DNA from: Diplonema japonicum
Lineage: Eukaryota; Protista; Euglenozoa: Diplonemea
Direction of reading: 5' to 3'
Length of the DNA stretch: 64,000 nucleotides
Assembly (NCBI GenBank): GCA_964019335.1
Contig: OZ025727.1
Span: 384,383 to 448,382, forward strand
Shown: positions 57,812-64,000 of the stretch, one piece after another
How positions within the stretch are numbered: the stretch's first letter is position 1
Layout: each line of letters begins with the position of its first letter
Notes under the pieces: model-generated
Told to the model about the DNA's origin: nothing
The model's input: only the letters and a program-made list of their open reading frames with translations
Database searches by the model: none
Position numbers and translations under genes: made by a program

Positions 57812-59590
57812 ATGGCTGGGGAACCTCCAAGTGGTGGCCCTGGGTCTTCTCCCTCAGGAGGAGAGCAAAAACCCCAGCAGGGGGCAGCACCTTCGTGGGT
57901 GCAGGTAGCGCGGGCGAGACCAGGGAAGGGGAAGGTGGTACGCGCGGTGAGGGTAACGGCAGAGGCGGGATGGCCGAAGACACATGGCAAGCAGCAGCAG
58001 GAACGCTGGATGGACGAGGACGAGGACGAGGACGAAGACGAGAACGCCACCGAGGTGCTGAGAGTGGTATGGAGGCGACCGGCGGCGGGGGAAGGCTGGG
58101 AGCAGGTCGAGGCCGACGCGAGAGAGCACACGAAGAAGGTGCTCGGATCCATGGGGATCGGGACCCGAGGGCTGTCAGACCCGAGGGGCGAGGGGTGGGA
58201 CGGCAAGCTCACCAAGATGGACCTCCTGGTCTATCTGTCGGCGAGCGACGCGAAGAAAGCGAAACAGGCCGGGGGTGCAGAAGGTACCGGTATGTACATC
58301 GAAGAACGAAGGAGGAGGAAGGAGGACGCGCCACCGTTGTGGCTAAAGACGTGGAGCGTGTCGGAGGCACGGAAGGCGGCGGGGCCCGAGGCAGCCATCA
58401 TCAGCAACGGGAGGGGGGTCGGGCTGGTGATGGAGGAAGGGGAAGCAAGGACGCACGCGGCAGACAGGGCACGGGAGGCAGGGCTACTGGTGGAAGCAGG
58501 GGGAGCAAAGAAGACGAAGTACGACCTCCACTGCGTACCGCGCGGAGTAACAGCAGGGCAGGTGCAGGAGGTGATCCGCACGAAGGGGTGGGAAGGTGCG
58601 GAGGTGCTCCGGATGATCCCCAAGAAAGGGAAACAGCTCGCCATTATCCAGGCGGTTGTCCGACCCCCGTTCGGGGAAGTCCAAGTAGGAGAGAACCAAA
58701 TGCCCTTGACAGAGGCATGGAAACTCCAACCGCTGCGGATGGTGGTGGCAAAAGGGGAGACGCGGAAGGACCCAAACGAGAACAACGACACCAAGTACTC
58801 CAAGCCGGAGTTCCTCTGCTTCTATGGCAAGGACAAAGGCGAGGAGTACTGGGCAGCGGCGGACCCGAAGGCACAGCAGAAGCAGGACCCGAAGGCACAA
58901 CAAAAGCAGGACCCAAAGGCACAACAGAAGAAGGACCCGAAGGCACAGCAGAAGGGGCAGAAGGAACAGAAGCACAAACCGCAGAAGGAGAAGGGAAAGG
59001 AAGAGCAAAAGGAAGAGCAGATGCCGACAGGAATACAACAACAGATGCAGAAGCTGGAGCAGATCATCAAAGGGCTGCAAGAGGACAACAAGAAGCTGAG
59101 GGAGACACTGAAGAAGCAAGCGCTGAGGCACAGGGAGCTGAGGGAGAAGGTAATCGCAACGAACCCAGCATCTCCAGCATCCCCGACGAAGAGGCAGAGA
59201 AGCGGGACACCTCCGGAGGCTTCACCATCACCGAGGAGGAGGAAGGCACAGGGATCGCCGAAGAAGAACACAGCCGCGTCCCCCACGAAACGGCCAAGGA
59301 GCGTGACACCTCCAGAATCCCGGTCCCCGACACCGATGGAGACGGACGGCACGCCATCCTACAGGCAGCCGACGAAGTCCTCGGAAGGGAAGGGCATGGA
59401 TTCCCCCCAATCGCAGGCACAGAAGAAGCAAAAGATGCACACCCATGCGTGGTCGAAGGCGTACAAGGCCACCCAGGGGCAGTGCGCCTCATGCAAGACG
59501 CTGCTGAAGGGAGGGAAGGCAGCGGTGTGCACCCTGGAAACATGCAGGAGGGAACAGTGCTGCGCATGCATCGGAAAGGTGCTGAACTGA
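57812..59590 (+). CDS. LINE ORF1 (gag-like): coiled coil, DPKAQQKQ repeats, C-terminal Cys/His cluster
   Basis: ATG 57812 after a poly-T/CAG tract; ends HTHAW..CASC..CTLETC..CCAC; lies upstream of APE-RT. Confidence 0.75.
   Translation: MAGEPPSGGPGSSPSGGEQKPQQGAAPSWVQVARARPGKGKVVRAVRVTAEAGWPKTHGKQQQERWMDEDEDEDEDENATEVLRVVWRRPAAGEGWEQVEADAREHTKKVLGSMGIGTRGLSDPRGEGWDGKLTKMDLLVYLSASDAKKAKQAGGAEGTGMYIEERRRRKEDAPPLWLKTWSVSEARKAAGPEAAIISNGRGVGLVMEEGEARTHAADRAREAGLLVEAGGAKKTKYDLHCVPRGVTAGQVQEVIRTKGWEGAEVLRMIPKKGKQLAIIQAVVRPPFGEVQVGENQMPLTEAWKLQPLRMVVAKGETRKDPNENNDTKYSKPEFLCFYGKDKGEEYWAAADPKAQQKQDPKAQQKQDPKAQQKKDPKAQQKGQKEQKHKPQKEKGKEEQKEEQMPTGIQQQMQKLEQIIKGLQEDNKKLRETLKKQALRHRELREKVIATNPASPASPTKRQRSGTPPEASPSPRRRKAQGSPKKNTAASPTKRPRSVTPPESRSPTPMETDGTPSYRQPTKSSEGKGMDSPQSQAQKKQKMHTHAWSKAYKATQGQCASCKTLLKGGKAAVCTLETCRREQCCACIGKVLN
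58862..58955 (+). repeat. Four 24-nt tandem repeats encoding DPKAQQK(Q/K)
   Basis: gacccgaaggcacagcagaagcag units visible. Confidence 0.9.
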
Positions 59591-62500
59591 GGCAGGGGAA
59601 GCGCAGACCGGGGTCAGAGGAGGCGGAGGACTTCGCGAGACTCACGGTTCAGGGAATACAACCAAACCCTGGACCAGCACCCACGTACATGAACATATCG
59701 ACGGTGAACGTAGCCTCCCTTCGCAACCAACTTGAGGAGGTCACAAAGCTGGACATGGACGTCATATGTACACAGGAGACAGCGCTCACCCTGGCAGGCC
59801 AACAAGAAATAGAACGAGAGCTTGGCAAGGTGAAGCAGAAGAAGAAGTGGAAGCCGATGTGGGGGCCACCGCAGCCGGGGAGGAAGGTCGAGGGCATCGC
59901 ATCGAACTGGGTAGCACAGAGGGGGGGACTCGCAACACTCATCCGAGAACCCAGGACCGCACTACCAGGAACACTGGATACCTCAGACCAACCTGAGGAG
60001 CAAAGCCGGAGGTGGCTGCACACGCAGGTCGCGATCGACGGCAAGCGCAAATGGCTGCACATCATCTCGGTTTACTGCCCGTCGGGAGCAGGGCGAGAAG
60101 AAACGGCAAAGAGGGAGACCCTCCTCCACTACGTCCTGCAGAAGAAGACGAGGGAGCTCGGCAACGTACCCATACTCGTTGTCGGCGACCTGAACACTGA
60201 CGAGGACAGGTCTCCAGAACTGTGCAAGGCGCTGCAGACGGGCTGGACTGATGCAGCGGAGCTATGCGCAAAGATGAGAAGGGGCGAGCAACCAGAACCA
60301 ACGTTTGTACGGGAAAACTGCGCCACACGGATAGACAGGATTCTGGCAAACCCAGAGGCGGTGCCGGCCATCACGGACTGCAGCGCATACAAGCTAGTCA
60401 AAGGAACCGACCACAGAACCCTCACAGTCCGACTACAACTCGATAGGTTCAGTCTGCAGGTACAGAGGTACATGCTGCCGAAGGGGCTGGAAGCAGCAGA
60501 GGAGCCGGCAGAAGGTCAGGGCGCAGAGGCTGTTGAAGCGTGTCATTTCCAGCTGCACTTGCGAGAGGGCCGAATCACAGAAGCCTTCGAAACACTCTCC
60601 CGATGCACAGAAGATCTCCTGATAGGACTACCGGTAGGGACTCCAGGGAGGGCAGCATACGTTGGAAGGGGCAAACACATAAGCACGAAGAACAAGAATG
60701 TGTGTGCACCGACAACAACAGGCTCGATCGGGGCGGCTACAATCATGCAGGCCCGACTGGAGAAGCTGAGGCTCAAGACCCGTTCATTACGAGAGCAACT
60801 GGAACGGGCAATGGACGAGGGGAGCCTGAGCACGACCACTCTGAACACAATAAGGAATGTGAACAGAGAAGCAGCAGCAGCAGCAGTCCCGACGGAGCCA
60901 ATACCGCAGGACACCTCGTTCATCGAAGACATGCTGGCAGCAACCCTAGACATGGAGGACGCCGTGGCAGCGCAAGAACGGAGGAAGAGGACCGAGTCGA
61001 ACACGACGCGAAGACGGGAATACCTGGCTGAGGTGGCATCGGGAAGAGAAACGGCCAAGCTGGTGACAGTAGCAAGAGGAAAACGCCAGAGCGATGGGAC
61101 CAGGGCAGTCAAGGATGGTAAGTTACTAGTGGCAGACCCTGCGAAGATCGACGCAGTCATGCGCAAAGCCTGGAAGAGCGTCTTCTCGAAGTACGAAAAC
61201 AAGCCGGAACCCCCCTTCGCCCCCTTCAAGGCAAAGTATGGCAAGTTTATACAACGGCATGAGATGACGAAGACGCAGCTCACGGGAGCGAGGCTGAGAG
61301 AGGTACTCGCAAGGAAGAGCAAGAGAAGCGCAGCAGGCATCGACGGGTGGAGGATGCTGGAGCTACGCAAACTACCAGAGTCGGTGTTGGACGCCTGGGC
61401 TCAGCTCTTCCAAGCGATCGAAGCAACCGGGAGATGGCCAGAGGCCGTGAAGACGGCGCTGGTCACACTCGTACCAAAATGCGACGACGCGGGACCGCTG
61501 GAGCACAGACCCATCACGGTGACATCAGCGGTGTACAGACTTTGGGCATGCACGCGACTGGCAGACATCCTTCTCTGGCAGGAGAAGTGGGTACACGACA
61601 AGCAGTACGGATTCCGCACAGGCTTCGGGACAGAGGACGCGCTAATGGACCTCGCCCTGGACATCGAGGAATCTCTACTCGAAGGGAAACCGCTGGTCGG
61701 GGTGGCACTTGACTTTGCGAAGTGTTTCGACAGCGTACCGCAGCAACTAGTGATGGAGCTGGTGGAGGACATGGGCATGGAGACGGGCATTCTAAGGGCG
61801 CTGAAGGGGATGTACGCGGGCATGCGGAGACGTTTCAGGTACGCCACGGGCGTTGGAGAGGAGTTCCACACGACAAATGGAATCCTACAAGGGTGCCCCA
61901 TATCTGTGGTACTCATCAACGCGTTACTGGCAGTGCTGATGAAACAGGTGGAGGACGGCACGGGGGTCCGCTCGCTGTCATACGCTGACGACGCGTACCT
62001 TCTGTCACAACTCGCGGCAGCACTGCAGAAGGGGGTGGAGGCGGTGGAGGACTTCTGCAAAATGGTTGGCATGAAGCTAAACGTAAAGAAAACCAAAACC
62101 TTTACGACAGGCGCCAAGGCACCGGAAGTGAAGGTGGACGGTGAAGTGCTGCAGGCAGTGCGGACAGTGGAGGTGCTGGGAGCCAAGCTGCGGACGGACG
62201 GCCAGCAGCAATACAACAACGACAGGGCCAAGGAAGCGATGAAGACGTTGAGCAGGCTGGGGGCGACCCCGCTGTCCTTCCAGCAGAAGGCGCGGATCAT
62301 CAGCTCCACACTGCTGCCAAGCTGCCTGTACGACGCCCCCTTCTCACCGCCAAGGACGGGGATGATGGAACTCCTGGTGATGGAGACGACATACACGCTG
62401 TGGGGCCAGAGGTATCGCACGCGGAGCCCCGGCGCAGTACTCTCCGTGACACTACCAGGGCACACACACCACCCGAAGATGACAGCAGCCTACAAAGCAC

Positions 62501-63921
62501 TGATGCTCATGTACAGGGCATGCAGGAAGGACGACCAACTGTGGGCACGCTGCAACGACATCGCAAAGCTGTACCGGGAAGGGAAGAAGGCGCTGGGCCT
62601 GGTGGGAAACCTGAAGCAGAGGTGGCTACCCATGGTGCAAGCAACCTGGGACCAGCTGAAGGACACCATGGCCATGGAGAAGGAGCGGTTCCGACACTAC
62701 ATCAGAGACAAGCTCAGGCGTGGTGAAGCGGAGGCCATCATGGGAAAACGGAGCTCCATGAAAGGAATGGCGACGGCAGCCGCTGTCGAGACAAACGAGC
62801 TATGGGGGAAGCTGGCGTCGTCGGACCCCATCGCAGCAAGGAACCTACGCAGGGTGATCACAGGCGCGGTTTTCTACATCCACCCACGGGGATGGCGGAC
62901 GGACGCAGTGGCACACATCCCACCGACGGAGGATGAGGTGGACGAAGAAGATTCCCGAGACGACTCAGAAGACGAAGAAGAAAGAGAGGCGGGAGGAGAA
63001 GGGGAAGTCGCGGAGCTGGAGCGCATGCTGCTGGCGGAGCAGAGGCAGCAGGACGAACCCGCAACGGCACGCTGCGACGTATGCGGTCAGATGCAACAGA
63101 TATCCAACATCCTGGAGCATGCACTGTGGGAGTGCGAACTGGCTGTCGAAGTAGGGCAACGGGAGGCACATGCAGGCACGACACGAACAGGCCTAGAACC
63201 GTGCATGAGGCTCCATGGCATCCTCCCGAGGGAAGCGGCCAAGGAGGACAAGGACAGGCTCGAGAAGACCCAGCGTTACCTGCTGGCTGTGGTGGGGGAA
63301 CGCGACGCAGCCTTGCAGGCAAAGAGGCAGCAGATCTACCGGACACACCAATGGCTGGAGATCACGGAGGGGGAGGCACACCCAGCACCAACAGAGGAGG
63401 AGTTCGCGAGGCTGCAGACCGGCAACACCCTGAAGGAGTACACGAAACCGGTGCTGAAATGGCTCAAGCAGCTGCGCTGGTATGGAGGGAACAGAAGCAC
63501 GGCAGTGTCGACGGTGGAGCTGGCGCTGGATTTCGAAAACGTGACCCAGAAATCCCTTGGAGGGAAGCTAGGGGAGTTGGCAGAGGTGCGACAGAAGGCC
63601 AGGAGACTGCACACGGTGATGAAGAAGGTGTGGAACACATGGGAACTAGGGAGACTGCAGAAGAAGGTGAAAGGAAGGAGGGCCTTCCCTGCTGAACCAT
63701 GCAAGAGAGTACATACGCTGCGATCAATCGGAGGGACGAAGGCGGCGATCGGGTGGAGTAGAAGAGCAATCTTTGCATCAACGAAGACCAAGTACGACCT
63801 GGAGGAGCTGGGGAAGCAATGGGCAAAGGAAAGAAGGGAAAAAGTAGCCAAGCTGGGGAGGAGGCCGGCACGACCACCGAAGAAGGAGAAACCGCTGCTG
63901 AAGGGGGATAGGTGCAGGTAG
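59542..63921 (+). CDS. LINE ORF2: 2A-like peptide, AP endonuclease, reverse transcriptase, CCHC knuckle (start uncertain)
   Basis: TVNV, DVICTQET, VGDLN, RIDRI, TDH (APE); HRPITV, LDFAKCFDSV, GILQGCPIS, YADD (RT); CDVC..EHALWEC. Confidence 0.9.
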   Translation: MQEGTVLRMHRKGAELRQGKRRPGSEEAEDFARLTVQGIQPNPGPAPTYMNISTVNVASLRNQLEEVTKLDMDVICTQETALTLAGQQEIERELGKVKQKKKWKPMWGPPQPGRKVEGIASNWVAQRGGLATLIREPRTALPGTLDTSDQPEEQSRRWLHTQVAIDGKRKWLHIISVYCPSGAGREETAKRETLLHYVLQKKTRELGNVPILVVGDLNTDEDRSPELCKALQTGWTDAAELCAKMRRGEQPEPTFVRENCATRIDRILANPEAVPAITDCSAYKLVKGTDHRTLTVRLQLDRFSLQVQRYMLPKGLEAAEEPAEGQGAEAVEACHFQLHLREGRITEAFETLSRCTEDLLIGLPVGTPGRAAYVGRGKHISTKNKNVCAPTTTGSIGAATIMQARLEKLRLKTRSLREQLERAMDEGSLSTTTLNTIRNVNREAAAAAVPTEPIPQDTSFIEDMLAATLDMEDAVAAQERRKRTESNTTRRREYLAEVASGRETAKLVTVARGKRQSDGTRAVKDGKLLVADPAKIDAVMRKAWKSVFSKYENKPEPPFAPFKAKYGKFIQRHEMTKTQLTGARLREVLARKSKRSAAGIDGWRMLELRKLPESVLDAWAQLFQAIEATGRWPEAVKTALVTLVPKCDDAGPLEHRPITVTSAVYRLWACTRLADILLWQEKWVHDKQYGFRTGFGTEDALMDLALDIEESLLEGKPLVGVALDFAKCFDSVPQQLVMELVEDMGMETGILRALKGMYAGMRRRFRYATGVGEEFHTTNGILQGCPISVVLINALLAVLMKQVEDGTGVRSLSYADDAYLLSQLAAALQKGVEAVEDFCKMVGMKLNVKKTKTFTTGAKAPEVKVDGEVLQAVRTVEVLGAKLRTDGQQQYNNDRAKEAMKTLSRLGATPLSFQQKARIISSTLLPSCLYDAPFSPPRTGMMELLVMETTYTLWGQRYRTRSPGAVLSVTLPGHTHHPKMTAAYKALMLMYRACRKDDQLWARCNDIAKLYREGKKALGLVGNLKQRWLPMVQATWDQLKDTMAMEKERFRHYIRDKLRRGEAEAIMGKRSSMKGMATAAAVETNELWGKLASSDPIAARNLRRVITGAVFYIHPRGWRTDAVAHIPPTEDEVDEEDSRDDSEDEEEREAGGEGEVAELERMLLAEQRQQDEPATARCDVCGQMQQISNILEHALWECELAVEVGQREAHAGTTRTGLEPCMRLHGILPREAAKEDKDRLEKTQRYLLAVVGERDAALQAKRQQIYRTHQWLEITEGEAHPAPTEEEFARLQTGNTLKEYTKPVLKWLKQLRWYGGNRSTAVSTVELALDFENVTQKSLGGKLGELAEVRQKARRLHTVMKKVWNTWELGRLQKKVKGRRAFPAEPCKRVHTLRSIGGTKAAIGWSRRAIFASTKTKYDLEELGKQWAKERREKVAKLGRRPARPPKKEKPLLKGDRCR

Positions 63922-64000
63922 AGCATGAGAACAAGGGGGCGTCTCACAAAGACTTCCTTTAACTCATATATTTTTTTTTATTTTTCTGTTTTTCTTTTTC

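Larger units (their letters stand above)
57770..63975 (+). mobile_element. APE-type LINE (two-ORF non-LTR retrotransposon), apparently full length
   Basis: ORF1 plus APE-RT ORF2; short 3' UTR shared with the element at 17733-17825; boundaries approximate. Confidence 0.88.

Overview
Eukaryotic nuclear DNA, most likely from a diplonemid (Euglenozoa). A 39-nt euglenozoan/diplonemid-type spliced leader (SL) is present at 48966-49004. All recognisable host genes lie on the + strand, separated by polypyrimidine and homopolymer-rich spacers, and one gene has two tiny GT-AG introns (32 and 35 nt). Host genes: voltage-gated Ca/Na channel C-terminus, Ser/Thr kinase, MFS sugar porter, FAM184-like coiled coil, Nit1-like nitrilase, Pro/Thr/Ser-stalk multi-TM surface protein, MIF4G-RanBP2 zinc finger protein, large 5-phosphatase-like/PH/coiled-coil protein, WW protein, PAM2-TRF4-like nucleotidyltransferase, eIF4G-like protein, F-box-like protein, papain protease, Rab GTPase and a secreted EGF/GH43-like protein. 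Mobile DNA: two deletion derivatives of a hAT-like family with CATAG termini and 6-bp TSDs (one carrying a nested piggyBac), a short SINE-like element sharing a LINE 3' tail, and two adjacent non-LTR retrotransposons filling the last 15 kb. The standout is a CRE/SLACS-like RLE retroposon that begins with a complete SL and encodes a ~2800-aa polyprotein: AlkB-type 2OG-Fe(II) dioxygenase, hydrophobic segments, zinc fingers, OTU protease, RT, RLE and a long unknown C-terminal tail. The adjacent APE-type LINE has a 2A-like (StopGo) motif. All assignments come from motif reading only; no database searches were run.
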